A stretch of 63,542 nucleotides of DNA, filler included, from Olpidium bornovanus S191 (GCA_017911155.1; 28 parts of 28 records of this genome joined end to end with filler, not necessarily neighbours in it); one strand, 5' to 3'; shown: positions 48,157-60,035, counted from the first letter of the whole stretch. Program-made: numbers and translations. Notes: a model not told the origin generated them from the sequence alone.

Positions 48157-49845
48157 TCAGACGAATGCGTCGCGGGACAGCGCGAGCAGCTTGACGAGGC
48201 CCTTCGCGGAGACGGTCGCCGCCGCACGGTCCCCGCCGTTGGTAAGAGCCGTCTCTGGAAATTGGCCAAGTGAACGTTTTAATTTCGGCACGGCGCGGCG
48301 TAACCGGCGGACGTCAAAGCACGGCTTGAACAAAACTTTGACAAAAAAAATAAACAGAAACGAAAAAAAAAAATCCCGGAACATCGCGGGTACCTCCGAA
48401 GTAATGCCCCCGTCGCAGGCTGGGCAACTCCTGTTGGGCGCCGCGTTCGTCGGTCCTCGTGACCTTGCATTGGCCGGAATGGACCAGGTAGAAGCGGTCG
48501 ACGGTCGCCCCCTGCGCGAGTATCACCTCGCCGTCCTCGTATTCGACGGATTTCAGAACGTCCGCGGTCTTGACAATCTCCGCTCGATCGAGAAACGAAA
48601 AAAACGGCACCGACGCGAGAAGATCCTGGGGGATCGAGAGACCGCGTCCCCACTTTGTCGTAAGCGGGGCTTGACCCGTTCCTGTTTTTCTCCTGCGGCA
48701 TCTGCCGCCCGGGTTTGGGACGAGGCGAGCCGCACCCCGGCGTGCTCACCTCGTACATTTTCCTTTTGCGGAGTGTGTAGTTGGCCAAGGACCGCTGGAA
48801 GGTCACGCGATCAACGGTCCAGAGTACGCCGTCTTCGGCCGCGACAACAGTCGCGGCGCGCGGAGTCTGCTCGCAGCAAAATTTTTCAGAGTTGTTCGTA
48901 AGTCACGTAATTCTTCGGCACGGCGTATCACTGCGCGCGACTTACGCTGTACATCAGCGCCAGCTCCCCGATGGTTCCCCCTTGCATGATGGTCACGACC
49001 TTAATCACCTCGCTTCCCCTTTCCACGTACACGAAAAACGCTCCCCGATCAATGACGTAGAAGCTGTTCCCTTCTTCGCCCCGGTTTATGACGACCTCGT
49101 CTTTCTTGACCTTGCGCTCAAACATCGCGTCAACCTTGATCGTCCGCCCGCGTTTTCATGAGCGGCCGGGTGGGGAAATGAAACGAGGTGAGTCGGAGAA
49201 ACGCAACCCGGCCACTCTGCCGCCCGCGGATTTCGCCCGCCAGTAATTTTTTTCGACTGCTTAAACTCTAACCAAGAAAACAGAAAAAGGAAAATATATA
49301 TATATATATATATAAATAAAACACCCACGATCTCAAGCCGCTCGTCTGCGTCCATGTTCCGGAAAAGGATGTTGTTAGCGATCGCCGTGGCGATGCGCGC
49401 CTTCGTGGCGTCGTCCTTGGGAAACACGATCCTGTCCGCCGCCTTCGGCGACGGGCTGATGGATTCCGCCGAAACGCTGCCGCGCCTTTTCCTGTTGTGC
49501 GCCGCCTCGGGCCCCTTCGCTCCTTCGATGTGCGCGGACGCCGCACGCGTGAACCTTTCTCCGGCCTCGAAAAAAGCGTCCCGTTCTACGTCGACGAGGC
49601 TCTGCTCCTGAAGCGTCGACGCCTGCAACGTCGCACGTACTTTTAAGAGTCGCACGACGAGGAATCAAAAGGGGGATACTCGCGGGACGTTAGGACAAGC
49701 ATTTTGACATTCGTTCAAAAGAAAAAACCAAACGAAAAAAAACCCCCCGGCAATTTTCCCGGGACACACCAGATTCCGCGGTTGCCGTCCGTCTGGTATC
49801 GCCGTCCTCGGACGGGCCCAGTTTCCCGAGGCCGCCGCTGATGAC
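48157..49845 (-). CDS. PKAR: cAMP-dependent protein kinase regulatory subunit with truncated C-terminus
   Basis: Inhibitor site RKRRGSVSAES; CNB-A (FYVIDRG...GELALMYS-TPRAATV); CNB-B (FYLVHSG...YFG-ETALTNGGDRAATV). TGA at 48157-48159 precedes a residual LLGP..MDLLR. N-terminal D/D exon not resolved. Confidence 0.93.
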
Positions 49846-52035
49846 CTGCATTGACGTGGTCAGTTCGTGCGTTTCGAACGATCAAGCTTTCTTCACTGCG
49901 ATGGCCCCGCACCATGCTTCCTTGCGAGCGGATTTCAGTTGATTCCGCCTAAGCGCCGAAACGACAACGTTCCGGTCGGCTATTTTTTTTTTTTCCCGAA
50001 ACCCCTAACAGAAGCGCAGCACAGACTTCAGACGTTGTTTTGCAGCGAGGACGGCCGCCGCTCATGCGCGACCCGACAGAAACGCACAGGGACCGTACGG
50101 GACCGTTTCCGCTGTTCGCCAACTCAGCAAGGGAAGCCGGCGGGCGCACGAGGAATTGGCTGCGAAGGAGCGCGGAACGCAGGCGGGGGAAGCGGGGAAG
50201 GCTCGTGGGGTCGGGTGGGCGGGGAGGGTGCGTGGGAAAGGGGGCCCACCAACTTACCAAGATTGTTCTCTGAGTGCCGTGACAGCGCGTTATCCGTGGT
50301 TTTTTTTTTTTCTCTTTGCCTTTCGGGTTTTCGCTTAATATATAGTCCCTGCTCCTTATATATCTCCCGGTTTCCTTGTATGACGCATGCGCGAGGCATC
50401 GGCGCTTTTTGGTGGTTTCGACGGTCGGCGGGACTTCGATAAAGAAACCGGCGCCTTTGGTCGCTCGACGGGGCGTTTGCATCCGCGCGCTCGACATGAG
50501 GTCCTGGGCACGAAGCGCGCTGGGGACGACGACGGAGGGAGGGAGGAAGGCGGATGAGGCGTCCCTGCTGCGCGAATAGACCCGCGGTCTCGACCAGCCT
50601 TACAACCCGGGCGGTTGAGACCCCCGAGCAGGGGGGGGGGTCCTGTAAGGTCACGGTCGCAGCCAGCAGATAACGGCATCATGTCCGAACGCTCTCGGCC
50701 GAAAAGGCAATTTACGTCAGCCTGAAAACAGACGCCGCCCGGGCGCAACGCTTTTTTCGCAATCCCCGGCCTCCTTTGCAGAAAGGAACAGAGCCAATCG
50801 TGGCAGGGCGACCCTCAAAGGAGTAGCGCTTGCTGGAGACGAGGCCGGACCCCCTCCCCCCCCTCCCCCGGTTGAAAAATATGCAGCGCCGACACACAGT
50901 TGACGTCATCTGACCGCGGGCCCCCGGATCATACGCCCAGCACGCCCCCGGAAGCCTTTTACGAACTTGGTTATGTTATGGGCGGCTTGGCGGAGACCCT
51001 GAATGGCGCTTGCTCGATCTTCATTTCAGCCGCTTCCGTCGCCTACCTCCCCGAGGCGGGCGGTACTTCACGCCCGACGTTTTTCATTCGGACCTTTTTT
51101 CAAATAATCGGGCGTTTGACGCCGGCTCTGTTACCTCGAGTTTCATCCGCTGCGTATGTGCCCGGTTACCCTGGATCAAAAGTCACACGGCTCGACGGGT
51201 TCGCCGCTCGGAAGGGAAAGAAAAACCGTGGACCGACGGCAGAAAAAGGGTGCGCAGCGGGGGCGAAAGTGGTGGGGCGTGGGGGAGAACAGAGAGCAGG
51301 CGAGAAAATAAAAAAAAAAACACGGAACTGCCATCCACTGCCGTCACCGCCGGCTGTTCTCCGTCCAGGTATTCGCCGTTATTGTCGGTCTGGTAATTCA
51401 TCCTTAAGCCTGTCCTCGGAAAACGTTGCAACGTTGCCCCGCCGTCGAATACCAGTTGCGAGTTTCATTTTCACAACTCCTACAGGCGGCGCCCGCTGAC
51501 TTCACCCGTCCGGCGGACTTCTTGAAAGAAGCCGTCCGTCCAGATTTTCTGTTCTCGCCGCGCTCTCGTGCGGGGACCGTTTCACAACGTCACGGCGTCG
51601 GAAACAAGCGTTGCGCTTCGGGCGTTCATCCCGAGCAGTCACGGTCTGGTACGACTAGGAACACAATGCGAGCGCGTCTGCTCAAATGAAAAAAAAAATG
51701 CCCCACGACACCGGCGGGGGGGGCTTGATGGTGGGGGGGGGGGGGGGAAGAGGGGGGGGGGGGGGGGGAGAAGACGGGGGGTGTCCCGGAGGGGAATTTA
51801 CTAATCCTACACCGTCTCCGGCCCGGCAGCCCCTCGCCGTTCTCCGCAGCACTCTGAAATACCGCGAGACCGAGCGGATGCCCGACTCCGAAGAAGTTTC
51901 GTCAGACCGGTCTTCTCTGCGTCGGCTCTCGTGAAATCCGAAAAAAAAACGCCCGCTTAGAGTCAAAGCAGAACCGCCCGGCGGGCGAGGTTGAGTGGAG
52001 AAGGGGGGGGGGGGCAATAAAGGGAGTGGAATCCC

Positions 52036-54195
52036 CTACTCGTCTCCGGTCAGGAATCCCGCGCCGTTCTCCGCGAGATCCTGAATGATCGCGAGGGCGT
52101 GTGGATGCCCAGCTCCGAAATGGTCGCATACAATCTTCTGCGTGGCCATGAACACTGCCAGGCGGTCCGCGGGCGTCGGGTGCGCGCACTCGCTGCCGCG
52201 GCCCGCCACGGCCTCCTGGAGGGCGGCCTGGCTGTGGGTCAAGCCCTTCTCTGAAAAGTAGCGCCTAAGCTGCTGCCCGATGATGATGTTCGCGCGCGCC
52301 GCGTCAGGCGTGATCGGCGCGAAGGCCGGGTGGTCGATGGTGCCGCCGACGGGCGCGGGTCCGTGGTGGATCCGTCGCGGCGGGGATTGACCGGACGGGC
52401 TCGTTTTCCTGATCATCAAGCAAGGCGACACCAACGTCAGCCGCTGACCGGCGGTCTGGCTTCTTGTCACTGGCCGCCGGGAATGTGGTCGATGCCGTCA
52501 CGCGACTCCCGGCAGCCGCCAATTTGCCGCCGCCGTTCCCTGTAACGTCAGGCGGCGACCGTGAGGCATGTAGCGAACTGAGCGCACGGATGGCGGCGAT
52601 TCGGACGCCGACGCAAAGAGTGGCTCGTGGAAATAAACTCACCGCAGTCAATCGCCTCGGGTTTCGCCGACTTGCTGGCCTTCTGCGCCTTCTTCACCGC
52701 GGAGCGCTTGGCCGCCGGGGCCTCTTCATCTGAACCGCAGATGTCAGAAACGGATACGCCGCGCCGCCGCATCGTTAGGAAAATCATATTAACACCTACC
52801 AAGGCGGCTCGGAGGTCTTCCGCGCTTCCTCTTGTGCGGTTGAAAGAAAACGAAAAAAAAAACGAAGATAAAAAAGAAAAAGAAAAAGACAAAAAAATAA
52901 AGAAAAAGAAAAAACGGGATAGAGAAAAAAAATGAAAATGAAAATATATGCAGGCCTTAATAGATTTGTGTATATTGCGCTTTAAAGAAAAAAAAGGACG
53001 GAAAAAAAAGCAGCAACAGATGAACGGAGGAGACATCACGCACCACCCGATTCATTGCTACCAGTCTTTTGGCGGTCGCGAAAGACCCGAGTGCGGACGG
53101 CTTTACAGCCTCGCCAGATGCGCGGATCCAACGCGCCGGGGGGGCGGACGGTCAGCTTGCTTTTTCTCCCGCAAAGACGCATCGAAATCCGACGGCACCA
53201 CGCGCCGCTCGACGTCCGGGGCGGGCAGCGAGCGGGAACGGCAGCTCGAACCGGCGCACGCACGCGCTGTGCCGGCAGACGGCGTTTCGTCGAGTTTCTC
53301 GATCAAAGCCGAGGCGTCGTACCTTTACACGGCGCGAGCGTGCTCGGGCCGTGACGGCAGCCTCGACCGGCTGCCGCGCGGGCTGCGCAGATATCAACGC
53401 CCGGTTCCGGACAGCTGTCGCAGTGGAACCACCTGTTAAACGCGTGGCCGCGGCAGAAACCGCACGTCGCGGACTCGCTGGCGCCTGAGAGGACCAAGCG
53501 AGAGTCTTCGGGCGCCCCGGGCGAGTCCCCGGCATGCTGGTCCAAAAGGATCCGACCGAGGCCGACGATCAGCCCCCGAAGTTCTGCGAACGCGTACGGA
53601 AGCACGTCGCCTTTCTCGGGACCGAAATCGAAATTGTCAGGATCGATCATGCTGTCGTAGACGTCAAATCCCGCCAATCTCGCGGCTCTTGTGTCATACG
53701 TCAGCAACTTGCACATACTGCGGAAAACTTGTATCAGAAGCCTGCTCCCCACAAATGGGTAAAACAAATCTCCCCCCTCGGCGAAACAAGCAGTTGGGAT
53801 TACTATGGCAGCGTCGGGAGCTCTGTTCTCAGACGAGCGACGGCGTCCTGCGCTCTCATCCTGTTCCGGGCGATCGTAATGCTGACCCCTTCCTGCCGGT
53901 TCAGCGCTTGGTGGGCGGACCACGGCGGTATGATCACAAGATCCCCCGGCTTCTAGTCGATAACGAGGATCGGGACCGGCGACCGCTCCAACAGGGAGAG
54001 CGGGCACACCTTGTTATCGAACTCGACGCGGGTCCCCAACTCTCGCTCAACGTAGTCGTCGAACGCCGTGCTATCTCGGCTCGCCGTTATGAACCACAAA
54101 GAAGAGGCGTCTACATACCAAGAAGATGCACAAAAGGACAAGGGTTTTTAGTTGCCGGCTGTCACATAAACTGACCTGCGCCGGTTTCCAACATG
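52036..54195 (-). pseudogene. Fungal JmjC-domain protein with Cys-rich zinc-finger region, disrupted by in-frame stop(s)
   Basis: MLETGA-DASSLWFITA...PILVID*KPGDLVIIPPWSAHQALNR...ITIARNR (JmjC core with TAG at 53953-53955), then TCGFCRGHAFNRWFHCDSC...DIC...GRGC. Downstream frame continuity needs further shifts or introns. Confidence 0.7.
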
Positions 54196-54295
54196 NNNNN
54201 NNNNNNNNNNNNNNNNNNNNNNNNNNNNNNNNNNNNNNNTTAATTAATTAANNNNNNNNNNNNNNNNNNNNNNNNNNNNNNNNNNNNNNNNNNNN

Positions 54296-55020
54296 GCATG
54301 CGCCAGGAATCGCCTTTTCCAGCTACCTTTCTGTTTGTGGCTTTTCTTCTTCGCCGCGGAACGCTGCTCGTCGGGTGCGGACGACTCAAAATCGCCATCG
54401 GCGCCGGGCGCCCGAACGCCTCTGCGCTCGCTTTCCAGCGCCTCGTGCACGTAGTCTTGCCAGTGTTTCACCAGGTACGCAAGGAAGTCAAGATCTGAGA
54501 AAATTTGGTCCTGGAGACGCTGGTGCTTTTTCGGCATCTTCGCGGCGGCGCAGATGGCCGTTGACACGAATTGCGGCAAGGTGCGGTTCAGCGCGTCCTT
54601 CACGCCCGAGACGGCCGACTGCTTCTCTTCGACCGGCGCATCCGAGAGGACGGCGCTGACCGCCTTGGTCAGCGGGGGGGCCAGACTAATGGTCAGCATC
54701 GCCAGCCGACCCTTGAACGTGCCTCGGCCTGCGACAATGTGCGCCAGCTCAGCCACCGCTTCGCCGTCGTTATCGGGATTCCCGTCCCCCAGCTTGGAAG
54801 CGGCGTCGGCGACGTGCCAGACCAGACCGTTTAGCTCCTCCACTTCCCGATGCACCCAGGAGGCGGGATCCGTCCCATCGTTGCCTTCGCCCTTAAATCC
54901 GATCGCCTTGCACACGTCATGGGCGATGCCTGCGGCAGGCAGACTGGCGAGCGATCCTTGTGACGCCTTTGCCTTGTATGCCGCAATGAGTTCCGCGAGG
55001 TTGTTGCCGACGGCGGCCAT
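54296..55020 (-). CDS. Orphan helical protein, intronless 5' part
   Basis: About 240 codons open from MAAVGNNLAELIAAYK to the contig edge, with amphipathic helices and a basic tail (KKKSHKQKGSWKRR). Confidence 0.65.
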
Positions 55021-56464
55021 CGCCGTCGGTACGGGTTTTGCCGCACCAGATTCACGCAAAGCGTGTGCCTGGTCGGCCCCTTAAGACTCCAAAGGCCAAA
55101 TCTCCGGGTGGCCCCCGTTTTCGGAGGAGCGCCTGTTTTGCTCGTAAAGATGCCGGTTCGAGATAGCGGCCGGAACGCCGGGTCTCAGCCCCGTTTCACG
55201 CAACGCGTGAAAATTATTTTTTGTGAGAAATTAACGAGGAGGGAGGAGGAGGTTGGGCAACTTCGCGGCGAATTGACGAACTGCGCTGCGCAAACGTGTG
55301 GCAACCAGTGTAACATTTGGCTGGTCTGTCAGATCGCTGTTGAGCCGCCGGCACGGCCTTCGACAGCTTGGCACTGCCCGATGGGCCACTGCAAACAAAT
55401 TCGTATCCGTCCCCTGCACACCCTTTCGAACATTGGTCTCATCTACGGTGTGCTGATCCGCTGTAACATCGGCAGAGAGGGTTCTCCAAGCAGCAGAACC
55501 CCGGAGGCACGGGCCATGGACATGTTGCGATGCAATTGGTGTGGCTGACGACTACCATTGAAGTCGGTGGGCGTCACGCTCAACGGTGTGAGGCGGTCGC
55601 CGAACCCGAGAATGGCCCTTTCCGTTCGTGTCGGCGAGGACGCATTCTCGCCTCGGCTCAGGCGGCAGTTTTTAGTCCCAGAGGGACGAATCGGGAATGT
55701 GGTGGACCTCCGGCCCCGCGCAGCGGCCATAGTGCGCCTCCGCTGGCCGAGGTGGCCAAGAGTGGGGCTTTTGCGGATGGCGTACTCCAAGGATGACTGG
55801 AATTTGATGAACTCGCCAGGCTTCCGGCACTGATCGGACGGCCGGGAGTTTTGTCCGGGAGAATGCGACCGTAAACGCATTGGGAAGTGACACCATGTCA
55901 TGTCAGCGGGGCGGGGAGTACGCCGCCCTTGGCCGCTCGTAATTCTTTTCCCAGAAAAAACTCCTTCACTCCCACGACTTCCAGGGGAAAGCGTCTGAGA
56001 AAAGAGGGCAACGAGGGGTTTCGCGGGGGGTCACGAATGTCGGGTTGTGAAAATTGTATAAATCACGGCGCGTCATGANNNNNNNNNNNNNNNNNNNNNN
56101 NNNNNNNNNNNNNNNNNNNNNNTTAATTAATTAANNNNNNNNNNNNNNNNNNNNNNNNNNNNNNNNNNNNNNNNNNNNCCCCCGGGGGCCCCCCAAAAAA
56201 AAAAAAAAAAAAAAAAAATAAAGCCACCGGCTGCCCTACGCGGAGTGCCTCGTCGCCCGCACACACCACTTACTCCTGGTTTCCCGCACGCGCCACCCTC
56301 GGCAAGGACCCCTCTCTGTGTCGGTGATCTCGCGTGCGCGAACTCTTGGTGCGGGTTTGTCGGTGGCAGTGTGGAGCAGCAGATCACAAAAACTTAAGAA
56401 ACGGAAAGCGCTTTGCGCTTGCGGTGGCAAAAGTTAAAAAGGGGGGGGAATCAAAGTCGCGACT

Positions 56465-57992
56465 ATGACCAACGACCGCCTCGCGACGGCGGCCGCGCCG
56501 GCGCAAAAGAGAAAGCCCATCTCCTGGGAAAACATCGCCCTGGGCGCCTTCATCCAAGTTTTTGAGGTGACCACGCTCGGCCAGGTGTTCGAGGTCGTGA
56601 AGACGCACATGGCAGGGGCGCGGACTTTGAATACCGTTTGGCGAGTCGGCTCAGACGACCACGGCATCTGCTCGTGCGCGCAGTATTTTTTTTCCCGCCC
56701 CGTCGCACCTGTCATCTTTCCATTTTGCTCGGTTGGCACTTATCTTTTTTTCGTTTTTCTTTCTTTCTTTCTTTCCTCAACGCCACGTCGCCTGTGTTTC
56801 TACTTCTCCCCCGCCACTTCGCCACCTATTTTTCTTTCTTTCTTCCTTTTCTACCCGCCTCGTCGTACTTGTTTTTTTTTTCCCGCTCCGCCGCACCTGT
56901 TTATTTTCGTTCCGGTGTTCTGACGGAATTTTTTGGTCCGTTGTGTTCAGCGAACCGGGGAGACAACCTTGTCCAGGCGTGCAAAGCGATCCACGCGCGG
57001 GGCGGCCTGCCGGCTTTTTACCAGGGCCTGATCCCGGTGAGCGGCCCGCGCCCGCCCGTTCCTTCGCCCTCTGTTGCTTCGCCGGTCACGCACAAACCGG
57101 CTTAACGCGTCTGCCGCCTGACCTGTTTGACCGTCGCCCGCCGCCAGTGGGCGTGGATCGAGGCGTCCACGAAGGGAGGAGTCCTGCTGTTCTCGTCGTC
57201 CGAGATAGAGGGGCAGGCGCGCCGCGCTGGGGCGTCGAAGGAGGTCGCGGGCTTGCTCGGAGGGATGGGCGGAGGCGTGTGCCAGGCCTGTGAGTTCCTG
57301 GGGAGCGCAACCGCCTTGGCGGATCCGGTCTGTACAAGCGTTTGTCCCCGGGTGCGTCTCAAATGACCTTTTTCCGCCGAAAAAAACCGGCCGCGGGCGC
57401 TTTCTAGAGTGAGTGCGGCCTCGACGCGGGGGGTTTTTTTTTTAATTGGCGGGTCGTTCTTTTGAGGGCGGTTACGGACGTACGCAGGAGAGAACCACGC
57501 TGATGCTAAATAAGCATTTGTATGTTCCGCGACACTTGTCCCCCGTCCGCCGGCTCGCCGGCGCGCGCAGCCTCGGGATGGGCGTCTGCACGTTCATGAA
57601 AACCGTCGAGGTCACGCGCAAGAAGTCCGCGGGGCAGGTCAAGAGCACGTGGCAGGTGGCGGCGGAGGTCTGGAAGAAGGAGGGAATCCGCGGGCTCAAC
57701 AAGGGCGTTTCGGCCGTCGCCCTCCGGCAGATGACTAACTGGGGCTCGCGCTTCGGTAAGGCCGCGGCGCCACGGACGGCCAGTTTTTCTTTTTGTTTTC
57801 GCGGCCTTCCGCTCGACCGTTCCTCCTGATGGAGGCAGGGTGCGGGTCGCGGGGACGGAGGAACGCGCGCGCGGATACCACGGCTCACTTTTGCCGTACC
57901 CGGCTCGACCGCAGGGATCTCGCGGTTCACTGAGGGTCTGCTGAAAGGTTCCGACAAGGACCGGAAACTCAGCACCGCAGAGCGCATCGCAT
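56465..57992 (+). CDS. YHM2: Mitochondrial citrate/oxoglutarate carrier YHM2, 5' partial gene; exons 56465-56615, 56951-57036, 57148-57289, 57408 (1 nt), 57571-57755, 57915-57992
   Basis: [22 protein letters not shown]...[68 protein letters not shown] are YHM2 signatures. Confidence 0.95.
57408..57408 (+). other. YHM2: Single-nucleotide exon (A) of YHM2
   Basis: Context gcgctttctAG|A|GTGAGT. Upstream exon ends GCC T, downstream exon starts C CTC GGG ATG, so T+A+C gives Tyr and restores the frame. Confidence 0.8.
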
Positions 57993-58247
57993 GTAGGTGT
58001 CGTGTGCCCCCCCCCGGGCCCCCGACCCCCCCCCCCCCTCTTCCCTCTCCCCTCTCCGCTCCTGACGAGTGGACACCCTCCGGACCCGGTTTGCGGATTT
58101 TTTTTTTTCTCACTCGGACCCCCTGCGCGGCGGACTTCCCGGGCCGANNNNNNNNNNNNNNNNNNNNNNNNNNNNNNNNNNNNNNNNNNNNTTAATTAAT
58201 TAANNNNNNNNNNNNNNNNNNNNNNNNNNNNNNNNNNNNNNNNNNNN

Positions 58248-60035
58248 CGTCCGACGGCTTCGCCCGCGGTGGCGGTCGCGGAGTGCGCACAGATGTCCGT
58301 CGAAAAGACATCCAGCGCCTCCCGGAGCAGCTTCGAAAAAAGAAAGGGGGGGGGCGGGTTAACATGCGGGGCAGATAACGTCCACGATTCCGCAGCTGAC
58401 GAAATCGCGGATACCGGACCGCAGTCTCGGAGTATCCCGTACCATTCCCCGTTCGTAAGCGTCGTCGAGATCTTCCCAACTGGGGACGAAAGCCGGCTGC
58501 ACGCAGTACCCGCCGGCGGCCATGTTTCCGGGAGTCGCACGTCGCGGCGGGACAGCGGCGGCCTCTTCTCGGCGCCCCGAACCCGTTCGCGATGCCGAGC
58601 ACGTCTCCGCAATGCTTGCGCTCCCTTCCGAGACAGGCGAACAGGAAAGCGACGGCGAAGAGGTGCGTTGTGGCGGCGGCGGCGGATCGTCTGCAGCGAA
58701 CCCCGTAGGAACGACTGTCCAACAAGGCAAAGTGTCACATTTCCGCTCCGCCATCAGTAATCTAGAAACGGCTCCGCCGGTACGAGGTTTTTGGGGCATA
58801 CACATTGGCTTGCCCGGCCGCTTCCTCTTTGGCGGAAGCGGTTTCAGCTTTTCTTGGCGCAGGCGCTGGACGTCCCGTTCCTGTTTTCCGCAGCAACCCC
58901 CGGGACGCGCGTAATGGCGTCAACGGGCGGACAGGCCAAAAGGTGACTGAAGCGCTGTGAAAAAAAACCTGCGAAACGCACTTTGAACGACAGCTCCGTC
59001 TTCAGCTTGTCCACCTCCTCCTGCTTCGACCGCAAGATTTGTCGCTTCTCCGCCTCGCTGCCTTCCCGCTGGGCTTTCAGCGAGGAGCGAGCCTGCGCCG
59101 CCTCGGCCTCCAGCTTGGTTACCTTCTCGCGCAGGAGCGCGGTTTCGCCTGCTTTTTCTTCCCGGTACCGCTGATTCTCGGCCCGCAACTGGAAAAAAAA
59201 ATAAGGCGATTCAGACCCGTTTGCTTGTCACCTCAGGACGCCGGCAGACAGAGCACAACGAGAGATTCTGCCGCTTCGCGCAGAACCACGCCCTGACCTT
59301 CTCCAACGCTCTCTCCAACTCCCGCAATTTCTCCGCCCAAGAGGCATCTCCGGCGGCGTGATTGATCGATGGCCACTGCGCGGATGAGCGTACGGCTTCC
59401 GCGCTGCCTTTGCCGCCAAAGTCGAACTGGGACGTTGAGCTGCGGTGCACATGCAAGTTCAACAGGGCAGCACCGCCGTGCTGCGCGGAAGGAGCGCCGT
59501 TGGGAAGCGGTCCGCCCGGCGGCACGGGCGACGCCGGTCGCTCGCTTTTCCGCCACGACCGGCCTACCGCAGCGGGTGGTTGCCCCGCGGCAGGCGCCGG
59601 CCTGCACAGCTCGAGACCGCAACCGAGCGCGGGCCCGTCCACCCCTAGACGATGTTGTCCCGCAGGCGGTCCGCGGGCGACGTGCGCGCCGGAAGACGCG
59701 GACGCCGCGTCGGCTCCCGCGCCGGCGCGGCCGCGCTCGGTCGCTCCGGAGCCCGCCGCGCCGCGCGTCGACGGGCCGGCCGGCCTGGCAATTTGCGAGG
59801 AGATTGCCTCCCGCTCGAGCTGCCGGGCCTGCTCCTCGTCGATCGGGAAGTCGCCGAACTCATCATCGTCCAGGTTGAAGTCGCCGCCTTCGCCGCCGGC
59901 GAAAAACGCGGCGCCCGAGCCGCCGCCGCCGCCGCCGCCGCCGCTGCCGGGGGCATCGGAGCCGGAGCGGGAACCACCGCCGAGCGCGGCGGACGCCGCG
60001 GGCCCGACGCTCGAAGCAGTGTGGCCGTAGGGATG
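58248..60035 (-). CDS. ATRIP: ATRIP/Rad26-like checkpoint protein, partial
   Basis: Acidic N-terminal motif DFNLDDDEFGDFPIDEEQARQLEREAIS and coiled coil ALEK-LRAENQRYREEKAGETALLREK...EKLKTELSFK-ERDV, similar to ATRIP K.GEI.ILR...SELQFK. By-eye match. Confidence 0.6.
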
